A stretch of 63,421 nt of DNA, counting the filler, from Folioceros fuciformis (lineage: Eukaryota), in NCBI GenBank assembly GCA_049999805.1. It is 10 parts of 10 records of this genome, joined end to end, with 100 filler letters (N's around TTAATTAATTAA, not from the genome) between each part and the next. Parts side by side here need not be neighbours in the genome. Positions count along the whole stretch, not along the records: positions 13,680 to 39,730 come from JBNGIO010004825.1; positions 39,831 to 44,450 come from JBNGIO010004826.1; positions 44,551 to 45,954 come from JBNGIO010004827.1; positions 46,055 to 52,714 come from JBNGIO010004828.1; 6 more parts are not named here. One strand, 5' to 3'. The position numbers and the translations under genes are program-made. Below the pieces are notes generated by a model, which did not search any database, was not told the DNA's origin, and saw nothing but the letters and a program-made list of their open reading frames with translations. Each line of letters starts with the position of its first letter. Position 1 is the first letter of the stretch. This document shows positions 35,191 to 46,543 of this stretch, one piece after another.

Positions 35191-35763
35191 CAGCTGCGAC
35201 TTGGGAGGAAAGGATGCATATATGGTGAACATAGCGACTTCTCTAGATGGGCAAGATGAGGAAGATGAAGAGGATATGTTGTGGGTTATGCTACACATGC
35301 GTAAATTGTATGCTAAAGAGTGTAGTAACGTCAAGAGCTGGAAGAGGGTGGATGTAAGTGGAGTATTAGTTGAAATTTTTAGAGAGCTTGAGAAACGGCA
35401 TATTGAGTTTTAACTAGATGATACGATTTAGCCTTATACAAATTTAAAGGAGATAGTCTGTAAACTGGAACTTGTTTGTAATAAACTTGTGACTTTGAGT
35501 TCGTCTGTGTATGGGCTGTCTTGCTATGCCGCTAAACATTGTACTCATGCATGGTTCATTAGTTAATAATACTCACACCACATATGTAGAAAAGTGGAAT
35601 TGCAAAGTGAAAGCCCTAAAACGACGAATATAGCAAACGAAGACGAAAACACCAACCTTAAGAACCAAGGAAGATGAAACACCAACCCATACCCACACAC
35701 ACGAAGAACAAAAGAACTCTTGACACAGCAAATACGAATTCGAAACGATAAGAGAAAAAAGAT

Positions 35764-35813
35764 GGATATATATATATATATATACATGTAGAGACAAAGA
35801 GAGAGAGAGAGAG
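35764..35813. repeat. (TA)n and (GA)n microsatellites
   Basis: Read directly from the sequence. Confidence 0.85.
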
Positions 35814-36476
35814 CTGGAACTACAAAGCCTACAAGCCCCAAATGATCGAAAGAAGAAAACTAACCCCAATAAGCAAATGAATGTGAAAATACCAAGCTAA
35901 AGAACTAAAACAATGAACAAAAGAGGGTGAAATACCAAACCCATGGCCAAAAGAAGGCCGAGGACCAACGAGAACGATGAAACACTAATCCAACAAACAC
36001 GAAGAGAAAAAACCCTAGATAATACGAATTTAGAACCTCAAAGGAAATAGATGGACATAGAAAAAACCAAGACCCAAGAAACAACAAATACAAAGAATGA
36101 TAGTGACAAATGAAAGACACCAACCTTAATAATTATGAGAATGATGTCAACAAAGATGAAGATTGTAACCTTAAGATTTTTTTTCTTTACATTTGTGGGT
36201 TCAGTGTTTGGTCCTCCGAAGATTTGGGTTATAATTATATAAAATCTTGATAAAAAAACGTAGACGAAAGAGAAGAAATAGAGAGGGATTAGTAAAGAAG
36301 GAAACGAGGGAATGGGATTGTGACTGGGAGGGGTTGGGATAAAACCCACCCCGTCAACGAAAGGACAAACCTGTCTGACATTTGTTGGCTCACAATTGGT
36401 GGAAGACAACGTTCCTCCCCACTTGGAATTCACGATGCCACGATAAGGCAAGGAAAATTGGAAGTTGAGGGTGAAC

Positions 36477-39400
36477 ATGTGGTGCGTCCCGCCGCATGAA
36501 GGCCCAGCGTCCATGCGATACGACCCAACTTCCGATAAGGCAGGATGTTTTGCCATCCGCATTGGAGCACTGTCCGCACTACGGGTGCTTTGCTCGAGGC
36601 TCAATCCTGGTACGCAGGCGTCCGGCCACCGCCAGCCAAGGTTGCAATGCTTCTCAACTTCAGAGGGCGCTGCCTACAAGATGGCCGCAGTTTGGCAACC
36701 GGACTCCTTGTGGACCCAACAGATCGGTGGGTGTACAGGGATGCTACCAGGAGCTCCCTGTCACTTCGTCGTAGAGAGTCAAGCGCTGGACGACAACCCA
36801 GTCTCCAGGTGGAGCAGTGTGACGAAGCCAGCCCTTCCGTCAGAATGCGTGGCTGCGGCTGTGCAAGGATTTCACAGCGATGGTCGTCGCCAGGAGCAGG
36901 AGCTGTTGTGGCGAAATTTTTTTCTGAATCCTGCTGTTTGGTGGGACAACAGGCGACGCAAGAAGGGCTTTTATTCACCCGACTTTCGGCGTAAGGGATC
37001 CAACGAGGCTCTCTGGTTAAACAGCATATTGACGCCAGCTTGGGTGGATGAGCGACTCGTTGCTTGGGATTTGCAGATGGGTCACGGTGCGTCTCCTCTC
37101 AAGTGGAGCTCTGTCGATAAGTCTGACCCCGCCAGGCGTGCAGAATCTAAGAGCGGCGTTGTAACGCCTGCTACTGTACGCACTTTATGCCAGCAGGGGA
37201 AGCTGGATGAAGCGTTTGCAGCCCTGCAAACTTTGGCAGAGAGAGGGGACGGTGGTGTATCTAAGTCTCTGTTGTATACTGTCCTGAAACTGTGTGCAGT
37301 GAAAAAGAATGTGGCTGTAGGGGAACTAGTTCATAATCTGTGTGTGAAACTTGGGTACGAGGCAGATACGTACTTGGGTAACCATATCTTGCGCATGTAT
37401 GCATGTGGAGGGCGGCTGCAGGAAGCTATGGATGTGTTTACCAGGGTGGGAAAGCCGGATGCCTTCATGTGGGGTTCCATAATCTCCGCACATTGTAAAC
37501 ATGGGAGGCCTAACGAGGCGGTCAAATTATACCATGAGATGCGTAGTTCAGGTTTGAGGGCAGATGCTCACGTGTTTGTAGCTGCCCTTCAAGCTTGTGC
37601 ACTTGCCGCAGACTTGGAGTCTGGCAGAGATGTGCACTTCGATGTGTTGCGCAGTGGCATTCCTCCTGACTTGTTTGTTGGCAACAGCCTCGTGGACATG
37701 TACGCGAAATGTGGCGAACTGGAAGATGCACGGGGGGTTTTCGATAGCCTGGGCACAAAGGATGTGGTGACGTGGAATGCCCTTATCGCTGGGTATGCTC
37801 AACAAGGGTTCGCTCAGGATGCGCTTCTGTTGTACGAGAAGATGGTTCAGGAGGCCCTGGTTGTGGCTGACCATGTTACTTTCATTTGCCTTCTGAAGGC
37901 CTGTGCAAATAGTGGTGCGTTGCAGAGGGGCAAGGAGCTCCACTCAGAGATTGTGGAAAGAGGATTGCTAAAGAACAGTTTGGTCGCCAACTGCCTGGTT
38001 GGCATGTATGCAAAATGTGGCCAGCTGAGAGATGCACGCCTCGTTTTTGACACATTGGCTTCCAAGGACGTCGTGACATGGAATGCCCTCATGGCTGGGT
38101 ATGCGCAACAGGGGCTTGCCCAAGAGGCCCTTGTTTTGTACGGGCAGATGGAGCAGGAGGGGCGGATTGTGGCTGACCATGTTACTTTTGCTTCCCTTCT
38201 GAAGGCCTGTGCAAATGCTAGATGTTTGCAGAAGGGCAGGCAGCTACACTCTCAAATTGTGGCAAGAGGACTGGTAGATAACATAGTGATTGGCACCTGC
38301 CTAGTGGACATGTATGCAAAATGTGGCGAGCTGGAAGCTGCTCTTAGAGTTTTCGACTGCTTGGCCACAAAAAACGAGGTGACGTGGACGGCCCTCATAG
38401 CTGGCTATGCAAACTGTGGCAATATGGAAGGTGCACGCCAGGTTTTTGACACTTTAGCGACGAGGGATGTGGTGACATGGAATGCCTTGATTGCGGGGTA
38501 TGTACAGCAAGGGCTCGGTCAAGAAGCGCTGGCTCTTTATGAACGAATGGAGCAGGAGGGCCATAATGTGGCTAACCACGTGACTTTTGCTTGCCTCCTT
38601 AAGGCTTGTGCCAGCGCTGGTGCTGTACAAAAGGGCAAGCAGCTGCACTCACAGATTGTAGAAAGAGGGCTGCTAGACAAGAAACCTGTCGGTACCTGCC
38701 TGGTGGACATGTATGCAAAATGTGGTGAGCTGAAAGCGGCACGCCAGGTTTTTGACTGCCTTGCCACAAAGGACGTAGTGTCGTGGAACGCTCTGATTTC
38801 TGGGTGTGGCGTTTGTGATGAAGGTCGGGAGGCACTTGCTTGTTTTGAAGAGATGTTGGCCGCTGGTATTCAGCCTGACGTTGCTACTTTCACTTGCCTT
38901 TTAGTAGCATGTAGTCACGAGGGACTGGTGAGTGAGGGTCGCAAGCATTTCAATTCTATGGTCGAACAGCATGGGATGGAACCTGCTAGTGAGCATTACA
39001 TTTGCATGATTGATCTCCTCGGGCGTGCAGGCCATTTAGATGAGGCAGAGAACATGCTCTTATCGTTTGACGGCCAAAGTAATGTTGTGGGGTTGAGGTC
39101 TTTGCTCAGTGCCTGCAAAAAGCACGGGGATGTCGAGAGGGCGACTCGATGTTTTGAAAGCCTTGTTAGGCTGGAGCCTCAGCATGCAGCGGCATATGTG
39201 CTCATGGCCAATGCCTTTGCGGATGCAGGTAGGTGGACCGATGTAGAAAAGATTGAAAGACAGAGACTGGCAGCAGGGGCTAAGAAAAAGCATGCGGTGG
39301 CTGGCATCGAGGTGAACATGCAGGTCCATACGTTTCTGGTGGGAGAATACGACAACGATATTTCGCTCAAGGTAGACAGCTTAGATGAAAGTCGAAGGCA

Positions 39401-39689
39401 GGAGGTGGGTCACTTGCCACACACAAAGTTGGTGTTGAAGGCGGTATCTGAAAAGGAAAAGGAAGATCTGCTCTGTGGTCATGCCGAGAAGCTAGCTCTG
39501 GCGTATGGTCTCTTGAACACTCCAAGCGGCACACCTCTGATGGTGACAAAGAATCTACGAATGTGCAGTGACTGCCACAGTTCAACGGAGATCATGTCGA
39601 GGATTGAAAGGAGAGACATTGTTGTGAGGGATGGATACCGTGTGCATCGGTTCGCATCTGGTTTGTGCAGCTGTAAGGGTAGACCGTGA
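36477..39689 (+). CDS. PLS-class PPR protein with N-terminal PDF (OSB-like) motif and C-terminal E1-E2-DYW:KP (GRP) deaminase; candidate U-to-C organellar RNA editing factor; intronless
   Basis: Long intact ORF (first ATG 36477; alternatives 36513 and 36681). PDF motif at 36903-37058. 18 PPR motifs L-S-P-L-S-P-L-S-P-L-S-SS-P-L-S-P2-L2-S2, then E1/E2, KKKHAVAGIEV, HAEKLA, KNLRMCSDCH, and terminal CSCKGRP*. Confidence 0.93.
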   Translation: MWCVPPHEGPASMRYDPTSDKAGCFAIRIGALSALRVLCSRLNPGTQASGHRQPRLQCFSTSEGAAYKMAAVWQPDSLWTQQIGGCTGMLPGAPCHFVVESQALDDNPVSRWSSVTKPALPSECVAAAVQGFHSDGRRQEQELLWRNFFLNPAVWWDNRRRKKGFYSPDFRRKGSNEALWLNSILTPAWVDERLVAWDLQMGHGASPLKWSSVDKSDPARRAESKSGVVTPATVRTLCQQGKLDEAFAALQTLAERGDGGVSKSLLYTVLKLCAVKKNVAVGELVHNLCVKLGYEADTYLGNHILRMYACGGRLQEAMDVFTRVGKPDAFMWGSIISAHCKHGRPNEAVKLYHEMRSSGLRADAHVFVAALQACALAADLESGRDVHFDVLRSGIPPDLFVGNSLVDMYAKCGELEDARGVFDSLGTKDVVTWNALIAGYAQQGFAQDALLLYEKMVQEALVVADHVTFICLLKACANSGALQRGKELHSEIVERGLLKNSLVANCLVGMYAKCGQLRDARLVFDTLASKDVVTWNALMAGYAQQGLAQEALVLYGQMEQEGRIVADHVTFASLLKACANARCLQKGRQLHSQIVARGLVDNIVIGTCLVDMYAKCGELEAALRVFDCLATKNEVTWTALIAGYANCGNMEGARQVFDTLATRDVVTWNALIAGYVQQGLGQEALALYERMEQEGHNVANHVTFACLLKACASAGAVQKGKQLHSQIVERGLLDKKPVGTCLVDMYAKCGELKAARQVFDCLATKDVVSWNALISGCGVCDEGREALACFEEMLAAGIQPDVATFTCLLVACSHEGLVSEGRKHFNSMVEQHGMEPASEHYICMIDLLGRAGHLDEAENMLLSFDGQSNVVGLRSLLSACKKHGDVERATRCFESLVRLEPQHAAAYVLMANAFADAGRWTDVEKIERQRLAAGAKKKHAVAGIEVNMQVHTFLVGEYDNDISLKVDSLDESRRQEVGHLPHTKLVLKAVSEKEKEDLLCGHAEKLALAYGLLNTPSGTPLMVTKNLRMCSDCHSSTEIMSRIERRDIVVRDGYRVHRFASGLCSCKGRP

Positions 39690-39830
39690 CAACCAAGATC
39701 ACTTCTCCAGTATGCATCAGTCAAAGTTTGNNNNNNNNNNNNNNNNNNNNNNNNNNNNNNNNNNNNNNNNNNNNTTAATTAATTAANNNNNNNNNNNNNN
39801 NNNNNNNNNNNNNNNNNNNNNNNNNNNNNN

Positions 39831-40113
39831 GTTGACTTCATCAATCAGAGGAGGACATCTGTTGACTTCATCAATCAGAGGAGGACATCGGTTGACTTCA
39901 TCAATCAGAGGAGGACATCTGTTGACTTCATCAATCAGAGGAGGACATCTGTTGACTTCATCAATCAGAGGAGGACATCTGTTGACTTCATCAATCAAAG
40001 GAGGATATTTGTTGACTTCATCAATCAAAAGAGGACATCTGTTGATTTCATCAATCAAAGGAGGACATCTATTGATGAAGGGACATCTGTTGACTTCATC
40101 AATCAGAGGAGTT
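39831..40113. repeat. 30-bp minisatellite, ~9 copies (truncated by gap)
   Basis: GTTGACTTCATCAATCAGAGGAGGACATCT in tandem with no spacers, degenerating towards the right. Confidence 0.92.
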
Positions 40114-40121
40114 GATTGATA

Positions 40122-41930
40122 TTAAGTTGTGTTCTTAAGGTCCCGCCAATTAGTGGGTGAATATCTATTAATTTTTCCTGCATTATGTCTTTGAGGACGC
40201 TTGCCTCTTGTGTCAACGGGGTTGTCTTGTTGTGGAGTGTCCTCAATGTCCTCGTGAAGAGGATCTTCAACAGCTTGAGTATATGTAGGTTGAATGATGG
40301 AGTTAGGATCATTACTTAAATTCAAATACAATTTCCTATTTGCTTTTGGGGTCCTTGGTCGAGGGTGAGAGCCGGGCATCAAGTTGTGTGGCCGAGAGTC
40401 GCCCCGCGTGTCTATCTCAAATGCTTGGTCAAAAATACTCGTATCTGCCGGTTCATGATGGCCGTGAGGGCACGCTCTCGAGGATGTGCCGCCGTTGTGC
40501 AGATCTGGATGGCTAATTGGTTGATGGGTGTGTGCTCCTTGCCGTGTGTAGACGCGTGGGCCTGCTGCTAATGAATGCGTGCCTGTTGAGTGCCCTTCGT
40601 GCTGGAAATGTCGTTGGCTATCCTCATCTTGGAGCGCTTCGGGCCTGCTATTCCCCCTGTCAATCTGAGAGTTGAAGATGCTGGAGGCCGAGCACGCTTC
40701 TGCAAGTAAGGAGGAGTCGAGCTTGTTGTCCATAAAATCGCCAAAGAAGATTGATGGAGTTGCTACTGCAGGCTGAGGCAGAGGGTCAGGCTTTGGTGCA
40801 GGTGTGGTTGGTGGCACGGGCTGGGCGGGTGGCTGTGGTTGAGCCTGTTGGTGAGGAGCTAGGAGATTGGGTGGTTTGGACTCATCTTCGTCACTATCCT
40901 CAGGCTGTGCAGTGGTGTGGCTGGAGGATTCTCCCACTGCAGGGTTGTCCGGCATGTCCTCAAGGAATGTTACATCTCGGGAATAGGTCAGTTTGTGTGT
41001 CTATGGATGGATGAGTTTATAGCCTTTAATGGCGTCAGTGAATCCCACAAATAGGTATTTGCTGGCCCTATCGTCCAGCTTTGTTTGAACTGCTTTAGGT
41101 GTGTGTACGTAAACAGGTGAGCCGAAAACTCCGAGGGTAGAGAGATTTGGCATGTGCCCCATCCAAGCTTCATATGGAGTACCTTGAGGTAGTGCTGTAG
41201 TGAGGGTCCTATTGATAATATACACAGCGTGTCCCATGGCCTCTGGTCAGTAACTTTTGGAAAGCTGTGCGTGTATAAGCCTAGACAATCCACAATTTTG
41301 AGCTGTTCCGTTCATTCTCTCCGCCACTCCATTTTGATGGGAGGTGTGCGGAGTGGTTACTTGATAGTTGATCCCGTGTTCCCTGTAGAATTGTTGGAAT
41401 GGGCTAGAGCCATACTCGCTGCCTCCATCAGATTGTAAGCAAAGGATGGAGTCACCTGTTTGTTTTTCAGCCCATGTCTTGTAGCCTTTAAAGCATGTTA
41501 ATGCCTGGTTTTTTTGTTTGAGGAAATATATGATAGTGAATCTTGTTAGGTCATCTATGATGAGCATAAAGTACAGGTAGCCATGGAGGGACCTCCTTAA
41601 GGGTCCGCACAAGTCTTAATGGACTAATTGGAGCCGTTTGCTGGCTCTTGTTGCAGGGCCCTTTAGGAAAGGAGACCGCTGGCTCTTAGCTAGTTAGCAA
41701 GCTGAGCATATGCCAAAATCTTCAACTCGGGTGAGTGATATGTCATTAGCTGCTCTGGTCTTGAGCATGTTTCGCATCCGCTGCAGGTGCATGTGTCGCA
41801 ATCTAGCGTGCCATAAGAAGGTCTGATTTTGTGAGTGGTTGTTGGTGTCTGCAGCTAGGGATGATGGTGGTGTCCAGGGTATAGCTACATCTAGTTGGTA
41901 CAAGTTGAAACGTGATGACAAGCAGGCCAC
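40122..41930 (-). pseudogene. Ty1/copia integrase region (GAG-pre-integrase + rve core), frameshifted
   Basis: LWHARLRH...CSAC, YFMLIIDD, LQSDGGSEY, QNGVAERMN, TPYEAW...VFGS. Confidence 0.85.
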
Positions 41931-43731
41931 TCAAGTCATCCGCCAAGGAACCGAAGCTACCACGAAATAGGTAGCATGAACCCTACAAAACACTCACGGT
42001 TTTAGCGAATACCCAGCTGATACGAAATAATTAAACAGATACTAATTAAATAGATAAATGCTAGTATACAGGATATCCAGATAACTAAAAATTGTTATAC
42101 CAGTAGAATACCAAGAAGTAGGGTAGTTAGGCGGGCAGGCACAACCTTCTTGGCACTGCTCACACACATGTATTTGTAGCGAATCCGAACATGAAGAGAA
42201 CGTCCATTTTCCCAAAGCTGGAATCCAGAGCTGCCCTGTAACATCTTTGGTATCAGAGCCTATGAGCTAGCCACCCTTAGATCTAGGATCAAGGTCGGCA
42301 GCCAAGATCTAGAGGCCAAGTTCGGGAGCACCTAGAGGTGGTAGCAGCAGCTTCCCAGCAACCATCACCAGCGACAGAGAACGGACCAACCAGGAGGAGG
42401 GCAGAAACCAGGAGGAGTCTTGGAAATTTCTCCAAGAAAGGTAGCATGGACAATTGCGCCTTGACCCTAGCAGAGGAACCAGCAATCTCCAGCGCAAGCG
42501 AGGAAGAAGACCCATTCAAAGGAATTGGAGAGAGGATGTGCCGCCGCGCACAATAGCACCTCCGCGATTCCTCAGGAGGCCATCTCCCCCTCGTTCCACC
42601 ACCGGGGCCAGAAATCGCAGAAGTGCCGGCTCCCCAGGAGCGCCAGAGCCAAGAACACACTCGCCGCCTCCTGGCTCGAGAGGAGGTCGAGAATCGGTTG
42701 CAGAGGTTGGACCCCGAACCGGACGCTCCATGAATTCTTGCTGACTACGCCTCATAGTAGGTAAGCCGGCGACGTGGACGCCCGAGGAAGCACAGCACTC
42801 CAGCGGAATCACGCCACCCTCCTGCACAGAACACAATCGGTGAGCCAACCGGGAGTGAAGCAAATCGAACAGACACCTTGCGAAGAATGGAGGAAAGGAC
42901 AGCCAACGTCAAACATCCTGCGACGAATTGCGCTCATCCTTGTCTCGACAAGACCAACAACTGGCTAAGGTAGAGCGGGTTGTCGATCAGATCGAAGTCC
43001 AGGTGGGGGAGGGCCAAACCTGACTGGAGAGGCAGCTGGAGGGTGTGCTCCAGACGCTGGAGCAACCAACACCCCCAGGCGCTCACCAATTCCCACCCTC
43101 GGACGCTGAGGTGACCAAACCCGTACCATCGGTGGACGGGACACACCTCTCCACACTTGTGGATGGAAGACTATCAGGAGCAACCCGTCAAGACACGGGA
43201 AGGGAAGAAGAACGGAGGTACACCACCGTACCTTGTGCTGAGAGGGAATCCCACCTGGAGGATGGGGAGTTGAGGAAGAAACTCATCGTAGAACTCCAAC
43301 CTGGCGAGGAAGAGAACAAAGACATCAAAGCAATTGTGAGGCGTCTGTAGATGATGAGATATGAGCATTGGGAGCGCCAACAAGGTCGATCGAGTGGAGA
43401 AGCTCAAGGGGGAGAAGAATACCCGTTCAAACCGAAGCCACAGCTTGACAAGGAGTTACACCAGAAAATCAAGACCACAACGTTTGACGGAAGTGCCAAA
43501 GATGCTCAAAGTGTGCATGACTGGTTGGACAAACTCAACAAGTACCTTGTAGCCTCTGACAAAGACGATTTGCAAAAGATCCCGTTCTACGTGATGTCGC
43601 TTGAAGGATATGCCTACCATTGGTGGCGCTAGAGAGAAAAATAGGTGGACCTCGACATGGAACCGCCTGTGTACTCCTGGCCAGTCCTCAAGTAGCTCTT
43701 CTTGGAACAGTTCCTACCAGTACCACCTAAG
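41931..43731 (+). mobile_element. Ty3/gypsy 5' end: LTR ending ...TGTAACA (42243), tRNA-iMet PBS (42248-42259), decayed gag
   Basis: TGGTATCAGAGC follows the LTR end. Gag-like FDGS...VHDWL...LEGYAYHWW at 43351-43632. Confidence 0.7.
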
Positions 43732-44260
43732 TGATACCAGGTTATACCAGAATATGGCACCCTCGAGATTAAGGCTTACCTTATCGAGCGTTGCCCCGCC
43801 TAAAGGCTATATATGTAGCATCCTGTGCACCATAAGGAATGTACTGTGGAGTCCATCTTAGCTTGTGGTGCTATTTCAACATGGTATCAGAGCCAGAGAG
43901 AGCGTTGGCGGCCATGGTGGCTATGGCGGGGGTTTGAGGCTATGGCCGTAAGCGTGAAGGTGGCTGGCAATGCAAGCCATTGAGAGGCGCAGGAGGTGCA
44001 GCAGCGTAGGCAGCATAGGAAGCTGCAACAGGCGCCACAGGCACAAGAGCGCGTGAGAGGCGCGAGAGGGAGAGAGACTCAGGAGGAGCAGCAACTACTG
44101 GAGGCAACCAGGCCGTGGAAGCCACAGCAGGCCCAGGATTTGCGAGGAGGAAGGCCTGAACTTGGCAAACAATGTTCTGATTTTTTATTTTATTTTTGAA
44201 AGCTTGAGCAAAGGCTGTTTTTGCTTAATGAAGAGTCAGGTGCACATTCCTCACCACAGG
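43732..44260 (+). mobile_element. Ty1/copia 5' end: ~150-bp LTR (43732-43881), PBS (43882-43893) and leader
   Basis: TG...TCAACA followed by TGGTATCAGAGC. The leader is the reverse complement of ~51040-51347 (same family as the copia at 46544-51347). Confidence 0.75.
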
Positions 44261-46543
44261 GAGGAAATAATTGTGGTGGGTGGATTCTAAAAGACGAAGG
44301 GTAATACTTTTATTACATAATCTCTTGTGATTCTTCTTTCACTCGTACTCTCGGCATTGTGTCATAACGTATCATCGACTTACGCTTTGGTTTAAAATCC
44401 ACAATAGATGTCAAGCGCTTCTACCTCTGGGTCAGGGCTTCTTGGGTCTCNNNNNNNNNNNNNNNNNNNNNNNNNNNNNNNNNNNNNNNNNNNNTTAATT
44501 AATTAANNNNNNNNNNNNNNNNNNNNNNNNNNNNNNNNNNNNNNNNNNNNTTCAATATGGGATAATCTACACTATCCTAAGTTCACTAATAACTAGAACT
44601 AGTCTAGTATGAACCCAACTGGGATAACTAACACCACATGAGTTTAGCTCATATAGAGCTCGATAACTCAACACTCACCACAGCAAAGCCCTTTCTCTCT
44701 CTTTGAGTTTGCTTGGTCACAACAAGTAGGTCCCCGGCGTAGGTGTCTTGTCGCACAACTACTTCCTTATTCCCCGCTATGTAGGTAGATGTAGTTCCCT
44801 ACGTGGAGGTGAGCACCCTTCGTTGATGGGACACCTTAGGTAGGGACCCCTTTAAATACCCTCTTGTCGTAGGTATACTTCTATATGTAGTAACTGCCCT
44901 TAATAGATACCCTACATAGGTGTCCCCTTTTCTGTAGGTAGCTTGCCCTTCACAACTATATTTCTTATTTGGGTACTACCTCCCACAGAGATATCCTCCC
45001 TACGTGGGCATACCTCCCTATAGGTAGCCATCCCAAAGAAGGTAACTTCTTTATAATACTACCCCTTATTATCGCCACTCATCTAACCTACCAAACCAAG
45101 ACCAAACAAAACTGAAAATGTTATTAGCCGCTCCCTACCTACTGCGGGTATTTGCCAAAAACCCGCATTCCACAATAGGTCTAGACCTAGACCTTGATAA
45201 GGAGGCGGTGTGTGGTATGTCTTTCCACTCTACGCATCTCTTGGCTATCCTTTCCCATTTCGTTTGTGGCGAAGAGTCTTGTAAGGTTTTGTTAGAGCTT
45301 TTTTTCTATTTAGTTTTCTTGGTAGAGATTCTCTACCAAGGACTTGGTATCTTGAGGTTTTGAAGAGCACGATGTCTTCATTATAGTTTTGTATGATATT
45401 TTATGCACCAAAATGATAAATGTGTTTGCAATCTTGTGTTTTAACTTAGTTCTCTATTTCTATCATGAAGATGACCGCCGATTAGGTAAGAAACCCTCAG
45501 CCAATGTTGTTTAGAATAGGGCAGCAAATATATGTTTTAAATGCTAGGATAAATGAACTTAGCTTAGGTAGATATTTCGCAAACTAGCTTAGAAATAGCT
45601 ATATGTTTCTAGGCAAGTTGAGTTTGAACACATGTTGGGTATTTCCCAACTTGTTGTTGGTGTAACCTTGCTGCCCAACGTGGCAACGTGGGGAAACAAC
45701 AGAACTTAGGGTACGCTAGCAAGGCATCATGGAAGGAGCAGTGTTGATGCAAGGGCATGAAGCCAACTCAGCTGGACGTTGGATCATGAAGATGGCTGGC
45801 GTTAGGCAAAAGGGGCAGCCAGGGCAGAAGTCAATAGTTGTTGAAGTTGCACCGCGCAGCGTTGTAACTGGGGGAAGGCAGCTCAAACCATGTTTTTGTG
45901 TTCTTTCGAATTGGGAGCTAGGATGAAGAACGTTTTTAGTGCCTTTGATTCCAGNNNNNNNNNNNNNNNNNNNNNNNNNNNNNNNNNNNNNNNNNNNNTT
46001 AATTAATTAANNNNNNNNNNNNNNNNNNNNNNNNNNNNNNNNNNNNNNNNNNNNGGCATCGAAGTCACAGGTCAGGGCCATCGCCGGCAGTGGGAGCTCA
46101 GCGCGCGAAAGAAAATTGCGCAAGTGCAAATGAATCTCACGGCCGCCGAATCAGCCGCCTAAGGCAAGCCCTAATCCAAGTTTCTTTCTGTGCCCTAACT
46201 TGGCTGGATAATGCACGAAAAGTCGTTACTTCAGCATATTAGATAAAATGCAGCAGGAAATAATCTAGCTAAGTGGGAGTAAAAGGGATAGGAGGTAGGA
46301 TAAGTATTAATTAAAGAGCCAGCGTTATTTCCATAATTAAATAGGCTAAAATATAAACGAATCGACAGATATGAATCGCTGAGATTCATATCTTCACAAC
46401 GAAACGGCAACTGCCACAAGTCATGGGACACTCCCAACGGTCGTGTCCACCCGCACATCTTTTAAGTGGCACGCCAATCTATGAATCCTTTATGCAATCT
46501 ATCTGCCATCGATCCTAGTTCTAGACTCAGACTATTTGTAACA

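Noticed and set aside
36189-36393. Possible small MITE upstream of the PPR gene (imperfect 15-bp direct repeats, short TTTG(G)TCCT/AGGACAAA ends)
   Set aside because: The repeats are short and imperfect and there is no second copy in the window.
39831-40113. CRISPR-like 30-bp repeat array
   Set aside because: Units are directly tandem with no unique spacers, there are no cas genes, and the context is a eukaryotic retroelement.
44551-46543. AT-rich pieces with GTAGGT/CCTAC word repeats and a possible LTR end (TGTAACA at 46543)
   Set aside because: Probably retroelement LTR/UTR sequence, but the boundaries are cut by gaps and there is no diagnostic motif.
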